The notes beneath the pieces are model-generated. The model saw nothing but the letters and a program-made list of their open reading frames with translations, made no database searches and was not told the DNA's origin. Made by a program: the position numbers and the translations under genes. DNA of 62,105 nucleotides, the filler included. It is 5 parts of 5 records of this genome, joined end to end, with 100 filler letters (N's around TTAATTAATTAA, not from the genome) between each part and the next. Parts side by side here need not be neighbours in the genome. Positions count along the whole stretch, not along the records: positions 1 to 6,281 come from SRR20825010_4860; positions 6,382 to 37,954 come from SRR20825010_4862; 3 more parts are not named here. One strand, given 5' to 3'. Of the stretch, positions 1 to 12,026 are shown one piece after another; the first letter of the stretch is position 1, and each line of letters begins with the position of its first letter.

Positions 1-359
1 CCTTGGTCTTGCAATTCAGGCATAATCACCTGAGAGAAATGAGTATGTTGATCCGCATGAAACGTGTGACTCTCATTCATCAACTTAGCCTTGAAAGGGT
101 CTTCTCTCAATCCTGAGTAATCGACTCGTTCCTTATCGTAATCCAGATAATTATATAGTGATCCTACGCGAATCATAAAAAATTCGTCCAGATTGGATGC
201 CGTTATCGCAAGAAACTTAAGTTTTTCAAACACACTACGATGTGCCTTTTTGGACTGATCCAACACTCGTTCGTTAAACTTCAACCAACTTAAATCTCTG
301 CTTACCAGATCACTCTGTTGTATAATCGAATCGTATTTTTCTACAACTTCCAATTTCAT
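1..359 (-). CDS. ppk1: Polyphosphate kinase 1, N-terminal part (runs off the window start)
   Basis: Not in the ORF track. Manual translation from ATG at 359 gives [35 protein letters not shown]...[22 protein letters not shown], containing the PPK1 N-terminal signatures RxLSWLxFNxRVL and [11 protein letters not shown]. Confidence 0.93.
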   Translation of the reverse strand, partial: MKLEVVEKYDSIIQQSDLVSRDLSWLKFNERVLDQSKKAHRSVFEKLKFLAITASNLDEFFMIRVGSLYNYLDYDKERVDYSGLREDPFKAKLMNESHTFHADQHTHFSQVIMPELQDQ

Positions 360-365
360 CGCATT

Positions 366-373
366 CAAAGTTA
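366..373 (-). promoter_or_regulatory. Bacteroidota -7 promoter element TAACTTTG for ppk1
   Basis: Exact match to TAnnTTTG on the minus strand, 6 nt upstream of the ppk1 ATG. No well-spaced -33 TTG was seen. Confidence 0.45.
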
Positions 374-435
374 ATATTCAGAAGGCAAGTTAAGTTATGC
401 TTTCTTACTTTGGGTTTATCAATGTGTTAACAATT

Positions 436-462
436 AAAAAAAGGGGCTAGAAAGCCCCTTTT
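436..462 (-). terminator. Intrinsic terminator after gyrB
   Basis: Stem AAAAGGGGCT (439-448) / AGCCCCTTTT (453-462) with a 4-nt loop and a T-run on the minus strand, 6 nt after the gyrB stop. Confidence 0.85.
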
Positions 463-468
463 GAATGA

Positions 469-2445
<1,977 letters not shown>

Positions 2446-2593
2446 TCAAATTGGGTCTAAAAGGGTGATTTTATGTTCTTTTTAAGATGTGGCAAGATAG
2501 GTAAAAAAAGTGACTTTTCACAGGCTTTCGCTATACACAGTTACACAAAAACCCATTTGAAATACAACCTTGCAAAACTTTGCCTCTAGGCTG

Positions 2594-2965
2594 TTAATAT
2601 TGATTTGAACCCAACATAACTAACGTACAACCATGCATTGCCTCAATACCTGCCGCCTTTGCTCTCTGAAAAAATATTGGATTTTCTGTCCCAGGATTGA
2701 AAATAATCCTTTTTGGGGTCAGGCTGATTAAATAATCAAGCCATTCTTCCTGATTTGCTGTGCCAATATAGAGCGTTATGGTATGGATGTTTTCTAATGC
2801 AGGTCTTGTGCGTAGATCAAGAATTTTCTCTCCAAAAACCTCACCTGATTTGATTCCAATTGGGATAAAAGGAACACCAGCATTGGCCAATCTACTGGCT
2901 GCAAAATATGCATACCTAGACGGATTAGTTGTTGCGCCTACTATTAAAGTAAGCTTCTCAGACAT
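2594..2965 (-). CDS. CoA-binding domain protein (YccU-like)
   Basis: Start moved to MSEKLTLIVGATTNPSRY, just after the upstream gene's stop. Contains the RIIFNPGTEN and GCTLVML family motifs. Confidence 0.8.
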   Translation of the reverse strand: MSEKLTLIVGATTNPSRYAYFAASRLANAGVPFIPIGIKSGEVFGEKILDLRTRPALENIHTITLYIGTANQEEWLDYLISLTPKRIIFNPGTENPIFFQRAKAAGIEAMHGCTLVMLGSNQY

Positions 2966-2969
2966 CTTA

Positions 2970-3929
2970 CTACCTACTTCCATAGATTTTATCTCGCTCA
3001 AATGTATCCATATGTCTATGCTTTTTGGTTTCGTAAATATCCGCAAGCGTGATCAATATCCCAGTTTCCTCAACCTCTCCAAATTCATCATTCAGCGCTG
3101 TGCCGAAAGTCATCATAGTAGGCGATAAATTCATGTAGGTATTGATCAGTGGTGGAATATTTTCACCATATGTCCTAATACGTCCATTCAGTAGCTTATA
3201 CCCTTCTTTGTATTCTAATCCTTCAAAAGGATTTCCAGCTTTAGGCAAATCTGTTTCATAGCCTAACATTAGATCCTCCTTAGGCTTCACCAATCCATCC
3301 TTGTCCGGAAAATAGTAATTCATAAACATCAACAACAGGTCTCTCCCTTCACGACTGAAGTGCGGATACATGGTGACTTTACCAAATAAATACTTGACAT
3401 CTGGGTTCATTAAAACAACTGCTCCCAATCCATCCCATAGGTTGTCAAGACTAAAAATACCTTTTCTATTATCAAATGCAGGCTGGTACTTAGGCTGAAC
3501 AAATGATCTGCCTAGCTCAATAGTATAAGGGATATAATCCTTAACAAACCGCTCTGTAAAGTCAAACAAATGGGTGGTAGAAAGATTTAAGCTACCATCT
3601 GCCTTTACTGAATTCTTACAATTGATTAACCTGTAGCCTGCCACAATCTCCTCATCCTCAGGATTCCAAGTAACTAATTGCTCATAGCAATTTTCACAGA
3701 TATCATTTTCATCCAAATCAAGTTCTAGACCTGTTCCACCTCCTGCAGCTCTGAAAGTTAACTCCCGGAGTCTACCTATCTCACGAACCACATTCGGAGC
3801 ATTATGAAAGTTAACCAAGTAGACTAGGTTGTCTCCATTGTTTGTATATCGTAAAAAACGCTCCGGAATCAACTCAGCCTTTAATAGCTCTTTGTCAATT
3901 GCCGGAATTATTGCTGCTTCTTTATTCAT
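2970..3929 (-). CDS. GNAT-family N-acyltransferase (OlsB/GlsB-like amino-lipid synthase, often annotated 'hemolysin')
   Basis: EIGRLRELTFRAAGGGTG, VAGYR, IELGRSFVQP and IPPLIN.Y motifs. Overlaps the upstream acyltransferase by 4 nt. Confidence 0.8.
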   Translation of the reverse strand: MNKEAAIIPAIDKELLKAELIPERFLRYTNNGDNLVYLVNFHNAPNVVREIGRLRELTFRAAGGGTGLELDLDENDICENCYEQLVTWNPEDEEIVAGYRLINCKNSVKADGSLNLSTTHLFDFTERFVKDYIPYTIELGRSFVQPKYQPAFDNRKGIFSLDNLWDGLGAVVLMNPDVKYLFGKVTMYPHFSREGRDLLLMFMNYYFPDKDGLVKPKEDLMLGYETDLPKAGNPFEGLEYKEGYKLLNGRIRTYGENIPPLINTYMNLSPTMMTFGTALNDEFGEVEETGILITLADIYETKKHRHMDTFERDKIYGSR

Positions 3930-4744
3930 TCTTTTTTACCAAGTTCGTAAACTACATCCTTCAAATGATCTGCCCATTGTCCATCTGTTTTAGAGGAATT
4001 GAGGCTTTGATAGGAAATTTGTTCACCTACAGTGATCACCACTTTTTGCCCTTGCTGCTTGTATAATTCATCAGCGAGGTAAAACATTTCGATATTAGCC
4101 TTGATGCCAATCTTCTTTCTCCAATAAGCCAAATTGTAAAAAAATTTGGAATTTTTACCTCCTATAAAACAAGGTAAGATATCTTTCTTGTATTTCTTCG
4201 CTTTGCTTACAAAGCTCTTTTTCCATTGCAAATCACGAATTCCTGATTCATCTTTCCTTGAAACAAGACCTGCAGGGAATATTAAAACTGCATATGACTC
4301 AGAATAAGCTGATTCAATAGCAGCCAAGGTATCCCCTGAGTTTTTACCATGTTTATTGATAGGAACAAATAAGGTATTGAAATTCTTGAAAGCCATTAAT
4401 AGGTCATTCACCAAAAACCTTACATCTGCCCTTACCTCTCCTATTGCCTGAATTAATGCAATTCCATCAATTCCTCCAAGTGGATGATTCGCTGCAATGA
4501 TAATCCCACCTGTCTTAGGAATATTTTCTTTTCCTTTCAGCTCCACCTCTATATTCAATTCTCTCATCAAGCCCTTTGCATAATCAATCCCATGCAAATG
4601 ATCAACTCTGTCTAGGACATCATTCATCCAAGCTTCGTGAGTTACCCGCTTAATATAGTTGAGCATAAAGCCAGGCATCCATTTCAAAAGCGCAGGATTT
4701 TTGGAATCAATGGCTTTTTCTATATCGATAAATTTCTTGGACAT
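3926..4744 (-). CDS. PlsC-like O-acyltransferase (OlsA/GlsA-like)
   Basis: NHPLGGIDG (HxxxxD) and IFPAGLVSR motifs. Confidence 0.8.
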   Translation of the reverse strand: MSKKFIDIEKAIDSKNPALLKWMPGFMLNYIKRVTHEAWMNDVLDRVDHLHGIDYAKGLMRELNIEVELKGKENIPKTGGIIIAANHPLGGIDGIALIQAIGEVRADVRFLVNDLLMAFKNFNTLFVPINKHGKNSGDTLAAIESAYSESYAVLIFPAGLVSRKDESGIRDLQWKKSFVSKAKKYKKDILPCFIGGKNSKFFYNLAYWRKKIGIKANIEMFYLADELYKQQGQKVVITVGEQISYQSLNSSKTDGQWADHLKDVVYELGKKE

Positions 4745-5072
4745 TTATACTCTTTGGTGATTGTAAGTTGGTTGAAAACAGAAGAAATAGTTCTTTTTCA
4801 AATTCAAAATAAACCTAAAAGTACAAAAAAACAGATTTAACAGTAAGATTAAGCTATACGTATTGAAGTACTACCCTGAGTACCAATCAACTTAATTTGC
4901 ATAACGGTAGTTTGACCTTAAGCTAAGTTGTTCATTTCTACTTTTCAACCCAAGTTTTGACTTCTAGATTAAATATGGTTCATCCTATGAAGTTGTAAAA
5001 CCGATTCTAAGGGCTACATCCAACCTCCCTCCAATTAATTCCCTATTTTTGCTTTCTGAAAAACGACACCCT

Positions 5073-5969
5073 ATGAGCGAATCCATCTTATCACTTTGTC
5101 CTGGCCCTTGGAATGACTACGAACTCATTGACACTGGAGGATTTGAGAAACTAGAGAGGTTTGGAGAATTCATTTTAAGCCGACCAGAACCTCAGGCGAT
5201 TTGGGATAAAACTCTTCCTGAAAGTGAGTGGAGAAATCTGGCTCATGCGCATTTTGCTAAAGAAAAAAGCAATCCTGAAAAGGGAAATTGGGAGCAATTG
5301 AAAAAAATGCCGCATAACTGGGCCATTGAATATTCTAATCCTGATGGATTGAATCTGAAACTCAACCTAGCCCAAACTTCCTTTAAGCATATCGGTCTTT
5401 TCCCTGAGCAAGCCGTGAACTGGGACTATTTATACAGAACCATCAAGCGCTCACCGGTAGCAAAACCTAAAGTTCTTAATCTTTTTGCCTATACAGGCGC
5501 TTCGAGTGTGGCTGCCAAAGCTGCAGGAGCTGATGTCACACACCTAGATTCGGTAAAGCAAGTAGTCACTTGGTCAAGACACAACATGGAGTCCTCTGGT
5601 CAAACGGACATCCGTTGGATGGTGGATGATGCGATGAAATTCATCAAAAGAGAAGCCCGTCGTGGAAATAAGTACAATGGAATTATTTTAGACCCTCCTG
5701 CCTATGGTCGCGGACCAGATGGGGAAAAGTGGGTGCTCGAAGAGCAAATCAATGAAATGCTGAAAGTCTGTGCTGAGATTCTTGACCCGAAAGATCATTT
5801 CCTCTTGCTCAACATGTATTCCCTGAGTTTCTCTTCTCTGATCGCAGCGAACTTGATCAATACTACGTTCAAAAATGTACAGAACGCAGAGCATGGCGAA
5901 CTTTACCTTCAAGACAATCAAAACAAAAAACTACCATTGGGGATCTTCTTCAGATTTTCAAGCTTTTGA
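5073..5969 (+). CDS. Class I SAM-dependent methyltransferase (RlmI/RlmK-like family)
   Basis: HIGLFPEQ, VLNLFAYTG (SAM binding) and IILDPPAYGRG motifs. ATG start chosen at 5073. Confidence 0.8.
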   Translation: MSESILSLCPGPWNDYELIDTGGFEKLERFGEFILSRPEPQAIWDKTLPESEWRNLAHAHFAKEKSNPEKGNWEQLKKMPHNWAIEYSNPDGLNLKLNLAQTSFKHIGLFPEQAVNWDYLYRTIKRSPVAKPKVLNLFAYTGASSVAAKAAGADVTHLDSVKQVVTWSRHNMESSGQTDIRWMVDDAMKFIKREARRGNKYNGIILDPPAYGRGPDGEKWVLEEQINEMLKVCAEILDPKDHFLLLNMYSLSFSSLIAANLINTTFKNVQNAEHGELYLQDNQNKKLPLGIFFRFSSF

Positions 5970-5983
5970 TTTAAACACCAATC

Positions 5984-6281
5984 ATGAATAACCGTCAGCT
6001 TTTCTTACAACACTTAGCTCAAACAACAGATTTCCCTTTGATGATCGAAGTGGAAAAAGCGGAAGGGGTATATCTGTACGGCTCCAAAGGAGAAAAGTAC
6101 ATCGACTTAATCTCAGGAATTGGCGTAAGCAATGTGGGTCATCGCCATCCAAAAGTTCTGGAAGCGATCCATGGGCAACTGGATAAATACCTGCACCTTA
6201 TGGTGTATGGCGAATATGTGCAAAGTCCTCAGTCACATTTAGCTAAAGCACTTTGCGACACCTTACCAGAGAAATTAGACA
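5984..6281 (+). CDS. Class III PLP aminotransferase (acetylornithine aminotransferase-like), truncated by the contig end
   Basis: KAEGVYLY..GEKYIDLISGIGVSNVGHRHP is the typical class III N-terminus. Confidence 0.8.
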
Positions 6282-6381
6282 NNNNNNNNNNNNNNNNNNN
6301 NNNNNNNNNNNNNNNNNNNNNNNNNTTAATTAATTAANNNNNNNNNNNNNNNNNNNNNNNNNNNNNNNNNNNNNNNNNNNN
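6282..6381. other. Artificial contig linker
   Basis: N44-TTAATTAATTAA-N44, with stop codons in all frames. Base composition changes sharply across it. Confidence 0.98.
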
Positions 6382-6667
6382 CGTCAGCGATATGAATTTC
6401 CCGATCGACTACATCTTCGCCGATCTTTCCCGTCACATTACGTTCTTACCTGGCGATGTGGTCCTGACTGGAACGCCTGCCAATTCACGCCCGATGAATA
6501 TCGGTGATGTGGTTGAGGTGGAAGTGACGGGCGTTGGCCGCTTGACCAACACTGTGCAGGAAATTCCTGCTCCTGCACATAATGTCGGCCATGAGCCTAC
6601 TGATACTGAAGCCGTGCGTCGTGTTGCACTTGGCCAGTTTCCTCCGCGAGGCAATGCCGCTCAGTGA
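6382..6667 (+). CDS. Fumarylacetoacetate hydrolase family protein, C-terminal fragment
   Basis: TFLPGDVVLTGTP and GDVVEVEVTGVGRLTN are the FAH C-terminal motifs. The 5' part is missing. Confidence 0.85.
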
Positions 6668-6755
6668 AAGGTATCGGTATAGCTGCCAAATGCGTTGGTC
6701 GCTGCCTTTGCCGCTCGCCAGAAGATGTAACAAGACTGAGGAGCAGGAAATAAAA

Positions 6756-7991
6756 ATGTCCCAGCCGATGACTTACACAAACCTTCTTGATGCCAATATT
6801 TTTCCTGCGGAACGTGGAGCGCCGCATGAATTGTTCGATATGTGGCGTGAAACTGATCCTGTTCATTGGAATCCCGCAATCACCTCCTATGTTTCGGCGC
6901 AGCCGAACTCGTCGATGACAAAGGGGTTCTGGGTACTTACTCGATATCAAGACGTCTTTGATGTCTCCCGGGATCAGGAAAAGTTCAGTTCATACGAAGA
7001 TGGCTTTGTCATTTGGGATCCGGGTCCGGAAGAGCTTTTCCGGCAGCGCGCAAATATGATGGGAATGTTGCCTGAGGATCACAGAAATACAAAACAGGTT
7101 GTGCTCCCTGCTTTTTCTCCAAAGGCTTTGAACGCTCTGGTTCCAGAGATTGACAAGCTGGCGGAAGAGATTGTGGACGGAATTGTTGAGAAAGGTAAGT
7201 GTGAGTTCGTCTTCGATGTTGCCTCGAAGCTGCCGGTTTATACATTTTGCGAACTCATGGGTATCCCGGAAGAGATGAGATCAAGGGTGGTGGATTTGGG
7301 CAATGCGATGGCGGATGCGGAGTCGCCAAGGCCGCTTGAATTTGATCCGACAATGGAACTCTTCGCGATCTCCGAGCAAGTATGTGCGCAGAAGCGTCAG
7401 CATCCCGATGCGTCGCTTCTAAGCACCCTCGTTCATGACAAATCTGGCAATCTGGATCAAATGAACATCAATATGTTGTTCCTTGTCTTCGCGATTGCCG
7501 GACACGAGACAACACGAAGCACCGCTGCGCATTTTATGTACCTGATGAAGAGCTATCCTGAACAATATCAGTTGCTACTGAGCGACATCGATAAGTATCT
7601 CGAGAACGCCATCGAAGAAGTCCTGCGTTATACCTCTACGACAACCAACTTTGCGCGTACAGCAACAGTGGACACAGATATCGGTGGCCAGCCTGTGAAG
7701 AAGGGCGACAAAATCTATTTGTCTTATGCGGCTGCCAATCGCGATCCAGACGTGTTTGACGAGCCGCATGTTTTCGACATCACACGAGACAATGCGCGAA
7801 AGCATCTTGCATTCGGAACAGGCCCGCATGTTTGCATTGGCGCGCGGTTGGCGCGTATGGAACTCAGCGCACTACTTAGGCAAATTATCACACGCATTCC
7901 GGATTTTGAGATCGCTGGCGAACCGCAATGGCTCCGCTCAATTTGGTTTAATGCCATCATGCGCTTGCCGATTAGTTTTAAATCGCATTGA
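6756..7991 (+). CDS. Cytochrome P450
   Basis: AGHETT (I-helix), EEVLR (ExxR) and HLAFGTGPHVCIG (heme-ligating Cys). Start at ATG 6756 after the purine-rich GAGGAGCAGGA. Confidence 0.95.
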   Translation: MSQPMTYTNLLDANIFPAERGAPHELFDMWRETDPVHWNPAITSYVSAQPNSSMTKGFWVLTRYQDVFDVSRDQEKFSSYEDGFVIWDPGPEELFRQRANMMGMLPEDHRNTKQVVLPAFSPKALNALVPEIDKLAEEIVDGIVEKGKCEFVFDVASKLPVYTFCELMGIPEEMRSRVVDLGNAMADAESPRPLEFDPTMELFAISEQVCAQKRQHPDASLLSTLVHDKSGNLDQMNINMLFLVFAIAGHETTRSTAAHFMYLMKSYPEQYQLLLSDIDKYLENAIEEVLRYTSTTTNFARTATVDTDIGGQPVKKGDKIYLSYAAANRDPDVFDEPHVFDITRDNARKHLAFGTGPHVCIGARLARMELSALLRQIITRIPDFEIAGEPQWLRSIWFNAIMRLPISFKSH

Positions 7992-8246
7992 GCGCCAGCC
8001 CGCGTTTAATGCGATCGAACTCATTTCGCATTTGGTATGACTGAGTGAGATGAGTTGCGACTAGCAAAACTCTTTAATGTCTGCTCATAGCGCAGAACGG
8101 ACGTAAATAACGGTATTCGTGCGTCGGGTTCGTCTAAACTCTGATGAGCGAAATCAGGAACTTATGACGTGTGACCTAACTAGGCTTATATGAATGACCT
8201 TTTGAGTCACGTCCGGTCTGTGCCCACAATAGTCGGTATGGTCTTT

Positions 8247-9023
8247 CTACGCCAAAACAATGGCCTTGCCGTTTTTTCTGTGCATGACCTCCACCGGAAC
8301 ATCGAAGCATCGTTCCAGATTGTCGGCGGTCATAGTCTCTTTTGTCGGTCCTTGCATGAATATGCTGCCCCCAACGAGTAAGGCTATGTCGTGAGCATAG
8401 TCGGCGGCGAGATTGAGATCGTGCAAGACGGCTAGCACTCCCACACCTTGATCGGCGAGCTCGCGGACGGATTTGAGAAGAACGCGACGGTGGCGCAGGT
8501 CTAGCGCCGATGTCGGCTCGTCCAGAAAAAGATATCGTTGCGAGAGATCGTTTGATCGTCGCCATATCTGGGCGAGTGCGCGGGCATATTGAACGCGTTG
8601 GCGCTCGCCGCCGGACAGGGTTTGGTAGAGGCGCGGTAGCAGTGAAACAATGTCGGCCATCCTACATGCGGCTGCGACTGCTTCGTCGTCATCCAGCGCA
8701 TCTTGTGTTGTGGCATAGGGCAGGCGGCCGAGATTGACGACTTCGCTAACGATGAAAGCAAAGTCGAGCGATGAGTTTTGCAGCAACACGGCGCGTTGGC
8801 GGGCGAGGGCCATTGGCGACAATTTGCCTAGCGGCGTATCGGCAATTTTGATTTCGCCTTCATCGGGCTGGCGCTCCCCTGACAGAACGGAAATGAAGGT
8901 CGATTTGCCTGCGCCATTAGGGCCGAGCAGAGCCGTCAAGCGTCCCGGTTTGATCGTCAGCGAGCAATTGCGAAGCAGATATTTGTCGGAGGCTTGAACA
9001 GAGATGTTTTCGGCGACGATCAC
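8247..9023 (-). CDS. hmuV: Heme ABC transporter ATP-binding protein
   Basis: GPNGAGKS, LSGGERQRV and LDEPTSALD motifs. GTG start overlaps the hmuU stop. Operon context. Confidence 0.9.
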   Translation of the reverse strand: MIVAENISVQASDKYLLRNCSLTIKPGRLTALLGPNGAGKSTFISVLSGERQPDEGEIKIADTPLGKLSPMALARQRAVLLQNSSLDFAFIVSEVVNLGRLPYATTQDALDDDEAVAAACRMADIVSLLPRLYQTLSGGERQRVQYARALAQIWRRSNDLSQRYLFLDEPTSALDLRHRRVLLKSVRELADQGVGVLAVLHDLNLAADYAHDIALLVGGSIFMQGPTKETMTADNLERCFDVPVEVMHRKNGKAIVLA

Positions 9024-10078
9024 GATTTTAATCCCTTGCGACGGAGGAGAAGCCAAAGGAAGAACGGGCTGCCAATGAGGCTGGTGACGAGGCCGATAGG
9101 GAGCTCGGCAGGTACGACAATGATGCGGGCCACGCTATCGGCGATGAGCAATATCGATGCGCCCAGAAGTGCGGAGCCGGGCAGGACGATACGATGATCG
9201 GGACCAGCGGCCATGCGCACCAGATGGGGAACGACAATGCCGACAAAGGCGATGATGCCGGTGACGGCGACAGATGCGCTGACGGCCAGAGCGGCTGCCA
9301 CCATCAGAATGCGCTTAAGCCTTTCGACGGACACACCAAGGTGCATAGCTTCGCGTTCGCCCAGTAATATGGCGTTGAGTGCGCGGGCGGTTGGCAAGAT
9401 CATCAGACAGGCGATAATAACGAATGGTCCGGCGAGAAGCACACCCGACCAGCCGCCTTTGGCAAGGCTACCCATGGTCCAGAATGTGATGTCGCGGAGT
9501 TGCTGATCGTTGCTCATGAAAATGAGGATACCCATTAGCGCACCGGCCAATGCGTTGATGGCGATACCTGCCAGCAGCAGCATGGCTGTGGAGGAGTTGC
9601 CACCGTGCCGAGCAATCCGCTCGGTGGCAAAGGTTGCTGCCAGACCGCCGAAGAAAGCAGCAACGGGCATGAGGAGCGGGCTGGACGCCATTGGAATCCA
9701 TGCTGCTAGAATATGTCCGAGAACAATGACAGCAACGGCCGCCAATGCCGCCCCGCCAGAAATCCCGATAAGGCCGGGATCAGCCAAAGGGTTACGAAAC
9801 AGCCCTTGCAGCGCTGCGCCCGATAATCCGAGGCCCGCACCGACAATGATGGCTAGGACCGCACGCGGAAACCGCAGGCCCCAGATAATAATGTTGTTCT
9901 GGGTGTTCCCTTCCAGACCTGACAGGATATGAAGCACTTCACCAAGCGGGATCGGCATGGCTCCTACGCCAAGTGCGACGAGAAATGACAGACCCAGAAA
10001 AATGGCAAGCCCGCCAAGTATGACGGGCTGCCGTAGGACCCTGAGAGGAGGCACGGTCGATTGTGTTATGTCTGTCAT
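9020..10078 (-). CDS. hmuU: Heme ABC transporter permease (FecCD family)
   Basis: LRFPRA, LQGLFRNPLADPG, FVGIVVPH and PAELPIG motifs. Confidence 0.9.
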   Translation of the reverse strand: MTDITQSTVPPLRVLRQPVILGGLAIFLGLSFLVALGVGAMPIPLGEVLHILSGLEGNTQNNIIIWGLRFPRAVLAIIVGAGLGLSGAALQGLFRNPLADPGLIGISGGAALAAVAVIVLGHILAAWIPMASSPLLMPVAAFFGGLAATFATERIARHGGNSSTAMLLLAGIAINALAGALMGILIFMSNDQQLRDITFWTMGSLAKGGWSGVLLAGPFVIIACLMILPTARALNAILLGEREAMHLGVSVERLKRILMVAAALAVSASVAVTGIIAFVGIVVPHLVRMAAGPDHRIVLPGSALLGASILLIADSVARIIVVPAELPIGLVTSLIGSPFFLWLLLRRKGLKS

Positions 10079-10968
10079 TCGGATTTGGTCCATGGACGTT
10101 CGGGCAAAGGTGCGAATTCGGTCTCGGGGTGGAATTCAGCAGCCATGTCGCGCATGGCATGGGCAAGCCGCGGTCCGAACCCGAGACTGTAAAGCCCGTC
10201 CAGCACCAACAGCTTCTGGTTCTGTGCGGCGCGGGTGTGAGCGATTTCCGGGGTCGTGAGAACAGCATCGCGACCACCCATTGCATCAACAGTCTGGGTC
10301 ATCATCATCAGGATATCCGGTTCCATGCCGATGGCCGCTTCCGGTGACAATGGTTTATATCCCTGTATGGCGCCGGCAGCATTGACGCCGCCTGCCAGTT
10401 TGATCATGGCGTCGGCGGCTGTGTGTTCACCACCGGCCATGGGCACTCCGCGACCGGCGGAGAGAAGGAACAAGACGCGCGGGTGCGATGCCGATTTTGC
10501 GATCTCGGCTTTTATCGTTTCCAGATCTTCGGCAAATGTTATTGCCAGTTCGTCGGCTTCTTTTTCGCGGTCAAGTGCTTTACCAATCTGATGGAAGTTT
10601 TCGATCGCGATTTCAGGGGAGTAGCCTTCTTTGAGTTGCACCACTTTCAATCCTGCTTGCGACACTTGCTCAAGAATTTGTGGCGGGCCTGCTTCCGGTC
10701 CGGCAATCAGAATATCCGACTTGAGCGAGAGCAGCCCCTCGGCGGCCAGTGCACGCACATAGCCGACATTGGGCAGTGTGCGTGTGGCAGACCATGGGTA
10801 GTAGCTGGTCTGGTCTACCGCGACGACGTTCTTGCCTGCGCCTAAGGCGAAGATGGTCTCTGTTACAGATCCCCCGACGGAGAGTATCCTTTCGGGAGTC
10901 TCTGCATGGGCGTTGATGGCTGTCAGTGAAACAGTGAGTGCCAGAGCTATCGAAGTTATAAAACGCAT
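10075..10968 (-). CDS. hmuT: Heme ABC transporter periplasmic binding protein
   Basis: Signal peptide, GGSVTETIFALG, and LPNVGYVR carrying the heme-ligating Tyr. ATG overlaps the hmuS stop (TGATG). Confidence 0.9.
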   Translation of the reverse strand: MRFITSIALALTVSLTAINAHAETPERILSVGGSVTETIFALGAGKNVVAVDQTSYYPWSATRTLPNVGYVRALAAEGLLSLKSDILIAGPEAGPPQILEQVSQAGLKVVQLKEGYSPEIAIENFHQIGKALDREKEADELAITFAEDLETIKAEIAKSASHPRVLFLLSAGRGVPMAGGEHTAADAMIKLAGGVNAAGAIQGYKPLSPEAAIGMEPDILMMMTQTVDAMGGRDAVLTTPEIAHTRAAQNQKLLVLDGLYSLGFGPRLAHAMRDMAAEFHPETEFAPLPERPWTKSE

Positions 10969-12005
10969 CAGGCAGCTTCCTTGGCACAGAGGTCTTCGAC
11001 AATTTCGCGCCATCCCAAATCTTCCGGTTGACCCGGCTTGCGCTTGCCAAAGAGAGTGGCAATTGTCTCGCCATCGGCGTCGAACAGTTCGAGCGACGTG
11101 ACCATGCCGTCATCGGTTGGCTTTCGCACCACATAGGCGCTGGCAATGTGGTCTTCGCGCAAATGCAGGTTGAAGGCTTCATCCATGACATTGAACCACG
11201 GACCCATCGGCTTCAGGTTGGAAACAGGGCCTGTGTGGATCTGGATCATGCCGTGATTGCCGACAAAAACCATAATCGGTGTTCCGCGATCAGCGGCTGT
11301 CATCAATACGCGCCGAAGGGCTTGCGCCGGAACGGGTGTCGAACGCTGTTGACCGGCCAAGCGGAGAGCCTGCACACGAGATAGCTTGTATTTGCCGAGC
11401 AATCCGTGGAACTGGTGGGTGTCAGTCAGCGCATCCCATGAGCTGTGGAAAGCCGGAATATCTATGTTGCTATCAGGTAAGGGGGCTGCCTTGGGTGTTG
11501 CGGCAACAATGTCGAGCGGTGCGTTATCGGTAAGTGTGAAGTCGGTGATCAGTTTGTCGAAAGCGGCAAGGTCTGTCGTATCTGTCGTGTAGATTTTGTG
11601 AACGGCCATACCGCTTGCATCAAAAAACTGCAACGAACGACGCGCACCCTCAACGACAGCAAAGCCGAAACGCCAGGGGCCAAAGAAAATCCGAAGATCG
11701 ATATCGTCGCCGACGATCAGACCGACATGGGCGCCGCCTTCGAGTTTCCCGTAAACGCCTTTGCGTTCATGGACGCAGGATTCATTGCGTGTCAAAGCCA
11801 TGACGCGCCCTGTGCCGCCGACAGCGGTGATGATGGCAGGCCAGTCGGCCTTGAGGCGGGTTGTCGTCGCGCCTTCTTTGCCAAGCGATACCAGTTCGGC
11901 TTCAGTGATTTCGAGTTTCTGTGCGAGATCGCGTGCACGCATTCTTGGCTCTTTGGCGATGAGGTCGCGATGTCTGGCGATAAGGTCGGCGTTGGTGTGA
12001 GCCAT
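10968..12005 (-). CDS. hmuS: Hemin-degrading/trafficking factor HemS/HmuS
   Basis: VMALTRN, RSLQFFD.SG.AVHK, DTHQF and IMVFVGN.GMIQIH motifs. Confidence 0.93.
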   Translation of the reverse strand: MAHTNADLIARHRDLIAKEPRMRARDLAQKLEITEAELVSLGKEGATTTRLKADWPAIITAVGGTGRVMALTRNESCVHERKGVYGKLEGGAHVGLIVGDDIDLRIFFGPWRFGFAVVEGARRSLQFFDASGMAVHKIYTTDTTDLAAFDKLITDFTLTDNAPLDIVAATPKAAPLPDSNIDIPAFHSSWDALTDTHQFHGLLGKYKLSRVQALRLAGQQRSTPVPAQALRRVLMTAADRGTPIMVFVGNHGMIQIHTGPVSNLKPMGPWFNVMDEAFNLHLREDHIASAYVVRKPTDDGMVTSLELFDADGETIATLFGKRKPGQPEDLGWREIVEDLCAKEAA

Positions 12006-12026
12006 GGATTTTTTCCTTGCTGGTAG

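Noticed and set aside
6326-6337. TTAATTAATTAA repeated four times in the window
   Set aside because: It is an assembly linker inside N-runs, not a biological repeat. ORF tails ending in X...LIN are artefacts of it.
6582-6755. 58-aa N-terminal extension on the P450 (and similar extensions on hmuT, hmuV, apeC, apeD, apeL, apeN and the CoA-binding protein)
   Set aside because: These overlap upstream genes and have no family features. Downstream starts fit RBS positions or stop/start overlaps better.
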